Shown here in pieces: positions 51,147-61,560 of a stretch of DNA of 64,000 bases. The stretch lies in NCBI GenBank assembly GCA_965116075.1, contig OZ220467.1:1857067-1921066 (forward strand). The letters run 5' to 3'. Position 1 is the first letter of the stretch; every line of letters starts with the position of its first letter. The translations under genes and the position numbers were made by a program. The DNA is from Thermodesulfobacteriota bacterium (lineage in GTDB: Bacteria; Desulfobacterota_D; UBA1144; Nemesobacterales; Nemesobacteraceae). Below the pieces are notes generated by a model. The model was not told where the DNA came from, ran no database searches, and was given only the letters and a program-made list of their open reading frames with translations.

Positions 51147-51393
51147 TACAAGAACTCGTTCAGAGGTACATACAGTTACTTGGTTCATTGTCCTTAAATA
51201 TCTTCGCAGACACCCTTCTTTCTCCACTGCACTCGGTATGGTTATGCCCACTACATACAGCGAAACTCTCTTAGCCCAAGTTTACCCAAAACCTACTAAA
51301 AATTGGCTATTTTCGGCCTTTTTTTCTCTTTTTTCCTACGGGTGAGCTTCGTATGTTAGTGATATGCCGTTATTTATAATTTTGAAAAGGCAA

Positions 51394-53336
51394 ATGTAGT
51401 GCCATACTACGCTTTTTACCCCTTGACATACATCTTACAATGTAATAATATCTCTATATATGTTCATTCGTCGCACTAAAACCAGAAAGGACTATGATTT
51501 CTTCACCTTCCGCCTCGTACGCTCCGAGCGTATAGGTAAAAAGGTGAAGCAACGTACTTTGCTCAACCTAGGAAGTAATTTTAATGTTGATCCCAAACAC
51601 TGGTCCCTGCTTTGCTATCGAATCAAGCAAATTCTCTCTGGTCAGTCTTCCCTATTAGATTATGAGATACCTTCTGAGTTGGAATCTCATGCCCAACAGA
51701 TTACTGCGCAATTGTTGGCCAAACGACGCGTTGGCTTCACAACCGAACTGGGATCTAGTAAGAACTCAAAGCCCGACTATCAGTGCGTTGACGTTAACTC
51801 TACGAAGACGATTCGGCCCCGTTCGGTAGGAGTAGAAAACGTAGCTCTGTGGGCGATGGACCAACTTGGTTTGCGTCAGTTACTTAATGAATTGGAATTA
51901 ACTCCGTCGTTGCGCGATGCCGCCATAGGTTCTATAGTAGCGCGTATGGCCGAGCCGGGTTCTGAGCAAGCCACTAGGCGTTGGTTAGCCAAAAGTAGCG
52001 CGCTTGGTGAGTTGATAGGAGTTGAGTTTGAGAAGATGGGAGCAATGCAGTTATATCGCGCTTCTGATGCGTTAATGGCGCACCGTGAAACCCTGGAACG
52101 TCATTTGTTCGAACGAGCGATGGAGTTATTTGATCTGAGTCCCACGATCACGCTCTACGACCTGACCAATACTTATTTTGAGGGAGGTGTAGACGGTATT
52201 GCAGAGGCAAAACGCGGGCACTCTAAGGAGAAACGTTCTGACTGTCCGTTACTCACTTTGGGGATGGTGGTTGACGCTAGCGGGTTTACTCGGCGCTTCA
52301 AAGTCTTTGCAGGTAATGTACGAGAGCATCAAACATTATCTGAGATGCTGAAACAACTTGACGCTCCCGCAAATGCCCTTGTGGTGATGGACCGAGGGAT
52401 TGCCACCGAAGACGGAGTACAGTGGCTACAAGAACAAGGCTATAAGTATGTTGTCGTCAGCAGAGAACGTAATCGTCAGTTTGACCCTGAGGGAGCTATA
52501 CGTCTTGAGACCGCATCAAATCATGGAGTCATTCTAAAAAAAGTGCTTTCAAAGGACGGCAAAGAGGTGAGACTGTACTGTTTCTCTGAATCCAGAGCGG
52601 CGAAGGAAGAATCCATCAGCAAGCGGTTCACCGAGAAGTTTGAAGAAGGACTGACTGCTCTATCGGAAAAGCTTACACGACCGCGCACAGTAAAACGGAT
52701 TGATAAGATATGGCAGAGTATAGGTCGTCTGCAAGGAGAAAGTCAAGGAATATCTCAACACTATAAGGTGGAAGTTGATACTGACGACAGTGGTAAATAC
52801 GCTACTGCAGTACGCTTTACTCGCAAGCCGGTGAGCGGCACGATGCTCACTGATCCTGGAGTGTACTGTCTGCGAAGCAACGAAACTGATTGGGACGAAG
52901 CCAAACTGTGGCGAACTTACTTCACTCTCACTGATATAGAAGCGGTATTCCGTTCTCTGAAGTCAGAACTTGGGTTACGCCCGATTTTCCACTGGAAATC
53001 GGTTAGAGCCGAAGGGCATCTGTTCATTACAGTGATAGCATATCAGTTGGTACAGGTTATCCGTACTAAGTTACGTCTGGCTGGTAAGCAAGCTAGTTGG
53101 AACACGCTACGCAATATTCTTGAGGACCAACGACGTACCACTTCGACCCTTCGTCGCCGTGATGGTAAAACGCTACATGTGCGCACGACTAGTCAACCGG
53201 AGTCAGAGCAACAGGAAATTTTAGGTGCATTGGGGGCTGACTTCACGGCGGGAGGAATGCAAAAGACGGTAGTATAATGTGCGCTTATTTTTGCAGAAAA
53301 TAGTTCCCGTAACAAAATGTAGTGCCACACCAATTT
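51394..53336 (+). mobile_element. IS1634-family insertion sequence (approximate boundaries)
   Basis: Transposase ORF flanked by the 13-bp direct repeat AAATGTAGTGCCA at 51394 and 53316. The IS1634 family is known for long and variable target duplications. Confidence 0.45.
51460..53277 (+). CDS. IS1634-family transposase
   Basis: N-terminus MFIRRTKTRKDYDFFTFRLVRSERIGKKVKQRTLLNLG is the typical IS1634 start; 605 aa. Confidence 0.8.
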   Translation: MFIRRTKTRKDYDFFTFRLVRSERIGKKVKQRTLLNLGSNFNVDPKHWSLLCYRIKQILSGQSSLLDYEIPSELESHAQQITAQLLAKRRVGFTTELGSSKNSKPDYQCVDVNSTKTIRPRSVGVENVALWAMDQLGLRQLLNELELTPSLRDAAIGSIVARMAEPGSEQATRRWLAKSSALGELIGVEFEKMGAMQLYRASDALMAHRETLERHLFERAMELFDLSPTITLYDLTNTYFEGGVDGIAEAKRGHSKEKRSDCPLLTLGMVVDASGFTRRFKVFAGNVREHQTLSEMLKQLDAPANALVVMDRGIATEDGVQWLQEQGYKYVVVSRERNRQFDPEGAIRLETASNHGVILKKVLSKDGKEVRLYCFSESRAAKEESISKRFTEKFEEGLTALSEKLTRPRTVKRIDKIWQSIGRLQGESQGISQHYKVEVDTDDSGKYATAVRFTRKPVSGTMLTDPGVYCLRSNETDWDEAKLWRTYFTLTDIEAVFRSLKSELGLRPIFHWKSVRAEGHLFITVIAYQLVQVIRTKLRLAGKQASWNTLRNILEDQRRTTSTLRRRDGKTLHVRTTSQPESEQQEILGALGADFTAGGMQKTVV

Positions 53337-53416
53337 TTTATGACATCTAACCAGCTGATATCTAACATTTATTTTTTGGACATGTTAAACTTGGGTTAGA
53401 TTTCGGTTAACCACTT

Positions 53417-53872
53417 TTAGTTACTTAAATAGGTTATAACATCCTCCTGAATGGACTGGTCAACAAGTTCTCTCCATTCATCATTTCCTTCCACTATTGA
53501 TTCACGGATCTTCGTTGCGGATATAAAACCTATGTTATCAGGGGGGAAAAATTCATTCATTTCATATCCCACTCCCCTTCCCCAGTTTACCGACTCAATA
53601 TCTGGAATCGCTATCACAACAACATCATCACCTTTACTTTCATGATATTTTTTTATCATGCCAACCGTCTGCTCAGTGGTGAAAGGGTTTTTGGGGTCTG
53701 GCGGAATATCTCTCACCATTATCAGGCAAGGTACTCCTTTGTCCAGTTTCTGCCTAACAAGACTTATATGTCCTGCATGGTAAGGCTGATATCTACCTAT
53801 AAAAACAGCTCTTTTTGAAGCAGAAGGTTTTATATCAGGATGACCGTGATTCTTACATTGCCACTCGCTCAT
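53417..53872 (-). CDS. cytidylyltransferase-fold nucleotidyltransferase, NadM-like (NMN adenylyltransferase-like)
   Basis: FIGRYQPYHAGH motif (the (H/T)xGH nucleotidyltransferase signature as in archaeal-type NMNAT); 151 aa. Confidence 0.55.
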   Translation of the reverse strand: MSEWQCKNHGHPDIKPSASKRAVFIGRYQPYHAGHISLVRQKLDKGVPCLIMVRDIPPDPKNPFTTEQTVGMIKKYHESKGDDVVVIAIPDIESVNWGRGVGYEMNEFFPPDNIGFISATKIRESIVEGNDEWRELVDQSIQEDVITYLSN

Positions 53873-53986
53873 TATTCACCTCGTTGTATGGATTGTAAAA
53901 GAGTTTGGGATAATCAATAAAACATATGAATTATACCCACATCGCGTTTTTTTTTCAACAATGTAATAAGGTCCGCAAAGCAAACC

Positions 53987-54763
53987 TTAGATTGAAGGCA
54001 TGTGCGTCTTTTTTTCCGAATATCCATTAAAAAGAGAGATAAAGCCTCCAAAAGCCTGTTTGCTTAGTTTTGAAAGTTCATCTATATGCAGTGGGGTTTG
54101 CGATCTTATTTCATCAGGACTTATCTCGCCTCCCAAATCCTCAATTTCCTGCCTATTCACGGGAGTTAAAAGCCAGCGCTCTATCATTGATCTGTCCACC
54201 TCAAGATGGAATTGAAAACCATATACTTTGTCTCCGTATCGAAACGCTTGGTTTATACACAAGGGAGAGGTGGCTAGTCGAACTGCACCCTGTGGAATCT
54301 CAAAAGTGTCACCATGCCACTGAAACACTTTCTCAGTGTCATTAAACGTGCAAAGAAGCAGGTCATTCTTTCCTTCTTCGGTGACATGGACATCATACCA
54401 GCCAATTTCCTTTTTGGGATTTTTGTAAACAGATGCTCCAAGAGCCTTAGCGATTAACTGTGAACCGAGACATATTCCCAGTACCGGAGTGTCCATCTCA
54501 ATAAACTCTCTTATGGATTCCACTTCTGGCACTAAATATGCATGTTCGTCTATCTGGTCTACATTCATCGGACCACCGAGAATGACGAGGCCATCATAAT
54601 TACTGAGTTTTGGTATGGAGTAATTGGAACGGCTGAAATTGACGTAACGTATCCGGAAACCAGCATTTTTCAGCATTGGATGAAACGTTCCAAGAATTTC
54701 GTGAGGGACATGCTGAAACACAAGAAGCCTTGGCATAATGTAAGATTTTAACCATTTAGGCAA
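53987..54763 (-). CDS. class I glutamine amidotransferase-like protein
   Basis: GICLGSQL nucleophile-elbow Cys and His/Glu downstream; 258 aa. Confidence 0.7.
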   Translation of the reverse strand: MPKWLKSYIMPRLLVFQHVPHEILGTFHPMLKNAGFRIRYVNFSRSNYSIPKLSNYDGLVILGGPMNVDQIDEHAYLVPEVESIREFIEMDTPVLGICLGSQLIAKALGASVYKNPKKEIGWYDVHVTEEGKNDLLLCTFNDTEKVFQWHGDTFEIPQGAVRLATSPLCINQAFRYGDKVYGFQFHLEVDRSMIERWLLTPVNRQEIEDLGGEISPDEIRSQTPLHIDELSKLSKQAFGGFISLFNGYSEKKTHMPSI

Positions 54764-54872
54764 CTACTGTCATGAAAAATACCTCTTCAGAGGTTAAAGA
54801 ATTTTTTCACCATTCCGCAAAAAAATTATAGAACAATGGCGCAACAAAAGAATTTCTGTACAGCGACGTGTA

Positions 54873-55553
54873 TTATATTTGCCATCTACCCCGAAGCGTT
54901 TCCTTATTGAGAGAAACCTCTAGCATAGATAGAAAATCTTTCCTACTTATTTCCTTTCCTCCGAGATTTTTCATATGTTCTGTAGGGACTTGACAATCTA
55001 TGAAATCAAAACCAATTTCTGCACACCTGATAACAAGATGAAAGAAAGCTACCTTGGATGCGTCAGTCTCTTTATGGAACATTGATTCCCCAAAAAATGC
55101 GCGACCAAGCGATACGCCGTAAAGACCACCGACAAGATTTTCATCTAAATAAGTCTCAAAAGAGTGAGCGTAACCCAAATCATGGAGTCTGCAGTATGCA
55201 GTTTTCATATCCTCTGTTATCCAAGTCTCGACCTGCCCTTTTCTTGGAACTTGAGCGCAATTTTCGATAACAGAAGGAAAATCCGTATCCACACTTACGG
55301 AGAACCTCCCTGAAGACACCGTTTTTCTCAGGGTTTTTGAGAATCTAAAATCTTTAGGAAGAAAAATCATTCTCGGGTCAGGAGAAAACCACAGAATTGG
55401 ATCTCCTTCGCAATACCAAGGAAAAACGCCTGACGCATAAGCGCAGAGAAGCCGTTGCACAGACAAATCTCCTCCAACTGCGAGTAACCCTTCCGCATCC
55501 GCTTGGCAGGGATCAGGAAAAACCGGTTCAGAACCCAGAAGGTAAACGGCCAT
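54873..55553 (-). CDS. aat: leucyl/phenylalanyl-tRNA--protein transferase
   Basis: LLCAYASGVFPWY and SLGRAFFGESMF motifs; 226 aa. Confidence 0.85.
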   Translation of the reverse strand: MAVYLLGSEPVFPDPCQADAEGLLAVGGDLSVQRLLCAYASGVFPWYCEGDPILWFSPDPRMIFLPKDFRFSKTLRKTVSSGRFSVSVDTDFPSVIENCAQVPRKGQVETWITEDMKTAYCRLHDLGYAHSFETYLDENLVGGLYGVSLGRAFFGESMFHKETDASKVAFFHLVIRCAEIGFDFIDCQVPTEHMKNLGGKEISRKDFLSMLEVSLNKETLRGRWQI

Positions 55554-55571
55554 TGCTCTGGTGGTAAAATT

Positions 55572-56234
55572 TTATTTCTTCCAAGTTTTTCTTATGAAAT
55601 CCTCTCTTCCTGATCCTTTTTTGTAATTGTAATAATGAATAGGGTTCTTTTCGTAATATTTCTGATGGTACTCTTCGGCCATATAAAAGGATTTGAATTG
55701 TTCTACCGATGTAACTATGGGTTTTTTAAATTTTCTGGATTCTCCAAGTTTTTTCCTTGAGAGAATGGCTTTTTGTTTCTGCGAATCGCTATGATAGAAG
55801 ATAGCGGTCCTATAATGTCTTCCCTTGTCTGCAAATTGCCCATCTTTTTGGGTAGGGTCAATATTTATCCAGAAAGTTTCAAGAAGAGTTTCATAACTTA
55901 TCTGTTTGGGATCAAAAACTACTCTTATTGCCTCTGCATGTCCTGTTTTTCCCTGCCATACTTGTTCGTATGTTGGGTTTTTCTCAGCACCTCCAGAATA
56001 GCCAACAATCGTATCTACGACTCCAGAAAGACTATCAAAAGGAGGTTGCATGCACCAAAAACACCCACCTGCAAAAGTCGCTTCCTCATAACCACTACTT
56101 TTCTCACTTTTCATGTCTGTCGTCCCCTTAGCATCTGTCGTAATGTATTCAGAAAAAACCGCGCCTACAGCCGCAATAAGAACTGCCACGGCAAAACCCA
56201 CTATACGAGAACCAAACAACATCTCATTGTCCAA
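55572..56234 (-). CDS. msrA: peptide methionine sulfoxide reductase MsrA (with N-terminal TM/signal)
   Basis: GGCFWC active site and GYSGG motif. Confidence 0.85.
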   Translation of the reverse strand: MDNEMLFGSRIVGFAVAVLIAAVGAVFSEYITTDAKGTTDMKSEKSSGYEEATFAGGCFWCMQPPFDSLSGVVDTIVGYSGGAEKNPTYEQVWQGKTGHAEAIRVVFDPKQISYETLLETFWINIDPTQKDGQFADKGRHYRTAIFYHSDSQKQKAILSRKKLGESRKFKKPIVTSVEQFKSFYMAEEYHQKYYEKNPIHYYNYKKGSGREDFIRKTWKK

Positions 56235-56246
56235 GCAGACCGTAAA

Positions 56247-57353
56247 TCAATCATACACTCGTATTTCATTGTAAAGAGCATCCCTTTCAACTGGGATATA
56301 TCCCGAGTCACGGATCATTTTTATCATGAAATCTCTACTATGTCCCACTTCTGAAGGAGCGCCAGCGTCATGGATTATCTTCTCCCTCATTATAGTTCCA
56401 TCCGCATCGCTCGCTCCGTAACGCAAGGCCACTTGAGCAACTTTCTCACCGAGAGTTATCCAGTAGGATTTTATGTGGGGAAAATTGTCCAGATATAGTC
56501 TTGCAAGCGCATGAATCTTCATGTCGTATGAAGCAGGAAAAGGCTTTACTTCTTTAAGTCCTGTGTTTTCCGGCTGGAAAAGCACAGGGATAAACGCGAA
56601 AAACCCTGGGGATTCATCTTCAATTCTTCTGAGCCTCTCTAGGTGGTCAACCACATGATAGGGTTTTTCTAAGTGTCCATACAGAATGGTTGCATTTGTG
56701 GGAATATCAAGGCTATGGGCAAGACGGTGGATTTCCTCCCATCTGGTAGCGACTGTCTTAGGCGCGCAGATTTTCTTTCTCACTTCTTCATGAAGTATCT
56801 CCGCGCCACCTCCCGTAAGAGCATCCACTCCCGCATCTTTAAGCGTAAGTAGCACGTCTTCTAGTGAAAGGTCACTTATTTCCGAGAACCAGTCAATCTC
56901 AACCGCCGTAAACGCCTTTACATGAATTTCCGTGAACCGATCCTTTATCATCCTAACAATGTCCAGATAACGATCAAACCCCCAGTCAGGGTGAAGTCCA
57001 CCCACTATATGAACTTCTCTCATTTCATCACTTAGCATGGAAAGCATCTGCTTGTCTGATAACTCATAGGCGTTCGCTGATTTCTTAGTCGTTCCAAACG
57101 CGCAGAACCTACATGATATAGCGCAGATGTTTGAAGGGTTTACGTGGCGATTTACCACAAAATATACTTTCTCTCCCGATTTCTTTCTCTTCACATAGTC
57201 CGCCATAGCACCCACGGTGTTTACATCATAGGTACGCAGTATGGCAAGCCCATCATCAAAAGAAATTCTCTTACCCTCAGCAACTTTCTCTATTAGTGGA
57301 AACAACTCCGGGTCAGTGCAGAAGGTTTCGGTCAGTTCTAGTAATCGTTCCAT
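56247..57353 (-). CDS. MqnC/MqnE-family radical SAM enzyme of the futalosine menaquinone pathway
   Basis: CAISCRFC CxxxCxxC motif after VNRHVNPSN; 368 aa; adjacent to the UbiD/UbiX/UbiA-like genes. Confidence 0.75.
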   Translation of the reverse strand: MERLLELTETFCTDPELFPLIEKVAEGKRISFDDGLAILRTYDVNTVGAMADYVKRKKSGEKVYFVVNRHVNPSNICAISCRFCAFGTTKKSANAYELSDKQMLSMLSDEMREVHIVGGLHPDWGFDRYLDIVRMIKDRFTEIHVKAFTAVEIDWFSEISDLSLEDVLLTLKDAGVDALTGGGAEILHEEVRKKICAPKTVATRWEEIHRLAHSLDIPTNATILYGHLEKPYHVVDHLERLRRIEDESPGFFAFIPVLFQPENTGLKEVKPFPASYDMKIHALARLYLDNFPHIKSYWITLGEKVAQVALRYGASDADGTIMREKIIHDAGAPSEVGHSRDFMIKMIRDSGYIPVERDALYNEIRVYD

Positions 57354-59107
57354 TTCGCATTTACCCTGTCTTTAATTTCTTTAGACATTTCTATAACCGG
57401 AGGATACCACTGCTTGACCGTAGCATCTATTCCCATTTTACCGTCATATACAACCGCGCTACCCTGAAGTTCGGTGTGTTCAAAAATAATATCAAGATAC
57501 GGATCAAATCTTGTAAAAATACCCCATATTACCTCCGTATCGTCCTCAAGGTCTATGTCAAGGCTCACAAGCGCTATTATCCGTACATCCTCAAGACCCG
57601 GAGTCTCAAACAACTTGCGTATCATGCGCTTAGGGTCAGTAACTGATTCATCTATGCGAATAACGCAAAAACCTCCCTCAAGAAGTCTAAATCCTGATAT
57701 TTCTGGATGTTTTTCTCTAGGGTCTGTAATCTCTTTTGCATAGTTTTTTCTATGCGCTGTGTTTTTCCTTATGGCATTTATTCCCATCTTGCTTCCCACG
57801 TTGAACTTTTTGCTGGTGAAATCAAGAGTATCAAGCGGCGCCCATTGTATCATGAGAAAATCCTCTTTAGGATCAAAATTCTCCCCTATTTCTCTGAGCA
57901 CCGCAGAGAAATCCCTAGGATTGACCTCTTCTGAAACACATATCATGCATTTGGTGAGGAGAAGTTGACCCGTGCCCCAGAGCGCAAGCATCGCCTTTAT
58001 GCCGCCCTTGGGATACCTCTGATCAACGGCAACCGCAAGCAAGTTATGAAATCCCGCTTCGTGGTACGCCCACATATCCTTTATTTCCGGTTGTATTATT
58101 CTTATAAGAGGCGAGAACATCTCGCCCGCTGCGATTCCGAGGGGAATATCTTCCTTAGGAGGCTTACCAACCACAATAGCCGGGTAAACTGGATTCTGTC
58201 TGTGGGTTATCTCACTGATATTGAAAACTGGAAAATCAGCCTCCATTGAATAGTGACCGAAGTGGTCTCCAAATGGCCCTTCACGCCTCAGCACATCTCT
58301 CGGAACAGACCCTTCAAGTACAAATTCTGCATCTGCCGGAACGTAAAGAGAAATACTTTTACCTTTAACCATCGGGATTGGGCTTCCACGTAGATAACTT
58401 GCAAACGCAAGTTCATCCATACCGTCTGGAAGCGGCGCGACCGCAGAGAATATCATGCGTGGATCCCCACCCAGAATTACCGCAGCCTCTAGGTCCCTTC
58501 CCAAATTCTTTGCCTCATGATAATGGGCAGCTCCTCCTTTGTGCGCATGCCAGTGCATTCCCGTGGTGCTATTGTCATATACCTGAAGTCTGTATATCCC
58601 TAGATTTCTTCCTCCCGTTTCGGGACTAGATGTAAGCACAAGACCGAAAGTGATGAACTTCCCCCCGTCCTTTGGCCAGCACTTTATCACAGGCAATCTT
58701 GAGAGATTGGGCTCTGTCTCAACTTGCTGAACGTCACCTTTTCGGGTTTTTTTAGTTCTCATTGAAAGAAGTCCGACGGCTTTTGGAAGTACTGACACTA
58801 TCCCATTTATTGTAGGAGGAGTTACTTTGTGGAATATCTCAACAAGTTCCTGTCCTACTTCAATAGGCTTTCTACCAAGAGCAAGCTCAACCCTTCGCTC
58901 CGTGCCGAACAGGTTTATTACCAGAGGGAAATTCGACCCTATCACATTCTCAAACAGTAAGGCAGGACCTTCTTCCTTGATCGTACGGGAAGCTATCTCC
59001 GTTATCTCAAGTTCTGGGTCAACCTCAGATTTTATCCTCTTGAGGTCCCCTTCATTTTGAAGGTGATTTATAAAACTTGTGAGATTTGGAAAACCTTTTG
59101 GTGGCAT
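57338..59107 (-). CDS. UbiD-family decarboxylase (menaquinone/ubiquinone biosynthesis decarboxylase-like)
   Basis: 589 aa UbiD-family protein (GGD..R and HEAG-like regions), operonic with ubiX. Confidence 0.8.
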   Translation of the reverse strand: MPPKGFPNLTSFINHLQNEGDLKRIKSEVDPELEITEIASRTIKEEGPALLFENVIGSNFPLVINLFGTERRVELALGRKPIEVGQELVEIFHKVTPPTINGIVSVLPKAVGLLSMRTKKTRKGDVQQVETEPNLSRLPVIKCWPKDGGKFITFGLVLTSSPETGGRNLGIYRLQVYDNSTTGMHWHAHKGGAAHYHEAKNLGRDLEAAVILGGDPRMIFSAVAPLPDGMDELAFASYLRGSPIPMVKGKSISLYVPADAEFVLEGSVPRDVLRREGPFGDHFGHYSMEADFPVFNISEITHRQNPVYPAIVVGKPPKEDIPLGIAAGEMFSPLIRIIQPEIKDMWAYHEAGFHNLLAVAVDQRYPKGGIKAMLALWGTGQLLLTKCMICVSEEVNPRDFSAVLREIGENFDPKEDFLMIQWAPLDTLDFTSKKFNVGSKMGINAIRKNTAHRKNYAKEITDPREKHPEISGFRLLEGGFCVIRIDESVTDPKRMIRKLFETPGLEDVRIIALVSLDIDLEDDTEVIWGIFTRFDPYLDIIFEHTELQGSAVVYDGKMGIDATVKQWYPPVIEMSKEIKDRVNAKWNDY

Positions 59108-59116
59108 GGGAAAACG

Positions 59117-59668
59117 CTACTCCAGTTCTTCTCTCTTCCATCCCCTGCCCGTATCAACTCCAACAAGACTGAGAAGCTTGTCTACGTAGCCGCTTACTAC
59201 ATCGGAGACCGAATCTGAGCCAAGATAGTCAGTGGGGGAAACAGGCGCTATAATGACACCTTCACGGGATAACTTAAGAGCGTTTTCAAGGGTGATAGTG
59301 CTCTGGGGGGTTTCTCTGAGTCCTATTATGAGCTTTCTTTTTTCCTTCAAAGCCACCGCGGCTATCCTAGTTATCAGGGTGTCTGCTATTCCGTTTGCAA
59401 TTTTAGCAAGAGTGGAGACCGAACACGGAACTATCACCATTGAATCAAAATGGTTGCTTCCCGAGGAAAAAGGCGCCGCCATATCAGAGTCACTATAAAT
59501 ATCAGTTACCCAAGGCCGCATTTCTTCAACCTTGAGACCAAGTTCCTCGTGCAGAACTCTCCTACCCCACTTGCTCGCTACTAGAAATTTCTCTTCAGGA
59601 CATCGTCTTACGAAATCAACCCCATAGGCAACTCCTGAGGCTCCGGTAATTCCGACTATGGTTCGCAT
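59117..59668 (-). CDS. ubiX: flavin prenyltransferase UbiX
   Basis: N-terminus MRTIVGITGASG and PCS..TLA motif; 183 aa. Confidence 0.85.
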   Translation of the reverse strand: MRTIVGITGASGVAYGVDFVRRCPEEKFLVASKWGRRVLHEELGLKVEEMRPWVTDIYSDSDMAAPFSSGSNHFDSMVIVPCSVSTLAKIANGIADTLITRIAAVALKEKRKLIIGLRETPQSTITLENALKLSREGVIIAPVSPTDYLGSDSVSDVVSGYVDKLLSLVGVDTGRGWKREELE

Positions 59669-59671
59669 GGC

Positions 59672-60514
59672 TTAGGGTAAATATATACCTGTGAGGATGA
59701 AAAAGAAAACCATAAAACCCACCAAAGTATTGGTTCTGAAAAAAGCGGGACCTATATCACCGAAGTTTCTATGCTCAAGGTAGAGAAGATATCCGCAAAC
59801 CACTAGAAAAATAAGCGCGTAAGTTGTACGAAATGACAAAAAGTAAAGGAAAACAAGGGATGCAAATGCAAGCAAATGACAGATACGAGATACATCAATC
59901 GCCTTTTTTCTTCCGTAACTAGAGACTAGTGAAAAGAGTCCATACCTACGATCAAATTCCTCATCTGCTGTTGCATAGATTATATCAAACCCTGAAATCC
60001 AGAAAAAAGTGAAAACTCCGACCAAAAGCGCAGGCGTCATTGATGAAAACGAGCACGTGATTGCAAGCCATCCAGCAACAGGGGCAAGTGCCAGCGCAAA
60101 TCCAACTCCGAAATGGCAGAGACTTGTAAACCTCTTCATCAGAGGATATCCGACAAAGGCCACAAGCGGAAATGGAGATAGATAAAAAACAAATGGACAT
60201 ATAAGCCAAGCACACAGAAGATACGCAAGCAATCCCAAAATAGCGACAGCAACAGCCGAGGCAAGGGTCATCTTACCCGAGGGAAGAGATCTATTCGCAG
60301 TTCTAGGGTTATGGCTGTCTATCTTTCGGTCAAAAAGTCTATTTGTCGCAAGAGCAAAGGTTCGCGCTCCAGTACTCGCAAACACTATAAGCAGAAAAAT
60401 ACGCAGGCTAAACAGTCCTCCAGCCGCTAGAAACGCTCCAGAAAACACAATAGGAAGAGAAAAAAGAGCGTGATCTATTTTTAAAAATTCTGAAAGATTC
60501 CTAAGAAACATCAT
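59672..60514 (-). CDS. UbiA-family polyprenyltransferase (MqnP-like)
   Basis: Multi-TM protein with NRLFDRKIDSHNPRT Asp-rich motif; 280 aa. Confidence 0.75.
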   Translation of the reverse strand: MMFLRNLSEFLKIDHALFSLPIVFSGAFLAAGGLFSLRIFLLIVFASTGARTFALATNRLFDRKIDSHNPRTANRSLPSGKMTLASAVAVAILGLLAYLLCAWLICPFVFYLSPFPLVAFVGYPLMKRFTSLCHFGVGFALALAPVAGWLAITCSFSSMTPALLVGVFTFFWISGFDIIYATADEEFDRRYGLFSLVSSYGRKKAIDVSRICHLLAFASLVFLYFLSFRTTYALIFLVVCGYLLYLEHRNFGDIGPAFFRTNTLVGFMVFFFILTGIYLP

Positions 60515-60854
60515 AATGAAGATGAGATTTTACCGGATACCTATAACAAACAAATGCTATACAAAGGGAAATGACTCTTTATGGGCACGCGCATTAACTC
60601 AAGTTCGCCTAAGTTCCACGTTGCTACAATCAGTTCGATCACGAAAAAATGACGAGGAATCTAGATCCGGAGCTTTCTTTTGCGGTACCGTATTGATTTG
60701 CGAGAGCGAGGACTGTATGCGTACAAACTCGCATCAACTATCTGACAGGGTAAAATCACTCACGACTTAAATCTTTCTTATCAGGCACAACGACAACCAT
60801 ACCAATCATGTATATCTTTAACGGTACAACTACCTACAACATAAACGTTTCAAT

Positions 60855-61544
60855 TTGCTTCACTTTCAATTCAAGATAACAGAAACCTCAATGGAGACAT
60901 ATCAATCCTTTATTCTCAAAAAATCGGATTACGGAGAAGCAGACATCATTATAACGCTTTTTTCCAAGGAAGCAGGAAAGTTTCGCGCGCTTGCAAGAAA
61001 CGCGAAAAGAAGCCGCAAGCGTTTCGGAGGGCTCCTTGACTTCTTTAACCATCTTGCGGTTGATATAACGGAAAGAAGTGGAAGATTCAGTATTTCCAAT
61101 GTCACGCTGAAAAAAAGTTACAGAGAAGTATCTGAGTCTGTAGATCTTTTTTTCGCCGCGACTCGAGTTCTTGAGATGGTGGATTTTCTCACCCCGGAAA
61201 GAGAACCTGCTGGGGAACTTTTTGACCTCACCGCCGCAACACTAGGGCTTTTATCGAAAAAGGAAAAACCTCGACCGGTTTTTTTCTTTTTCATGCTACG
61301 CGCTCTTAAACTCTGTGGGTACGCGCCAGACCTCAGTTATAGTGGAACTGAGAATATAACGGGCTTTGACGTCGCAAGTGGTAAACTGTGCGATCAGAAA
61401 AAAAATACCGTCTACGATTTTTATACAGATGTAATTAAAAACTCTAAGGCTATGGAAACGTATCCAGACAAGGTAAAAAACAACATACAAGTGCTTATCA
61501 GATACGCAGAGTACCAAACGGGAAACCGGTTCAGAAAAAAATAA
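60855..61544 (+). CDS. recO: DNA repair protein RecO (start possibly at internal METYQSF)
   Basis: N-terminal OB-fold region ...FILKKSDYGEADIIITLFSKEAGKFRALARNA, typical of RecO. Confidence 0.75.
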   Translation: MLHFQFKITETSMETYQSFILKKSDYGEADIIITLFSKEAGKFRALARNAKRSRKRFGGLLDFFNHLAVDITERSGRFSISNVTLKKSYREVSESVDLFFAATRVLEMVDFLTPEREPAGELFDLTAATLGLLSKKEKPRPVFFFFMLRALKLCGYAPDLSYSGTENITGFDVASGKLCDQKKNTVYDFYTDVIKNSKAMETYPDKVKNNIQVLIRYAEYQTGNRFRKK

Positions 61545-61560
61545 TCCGAACAAATCTGTT

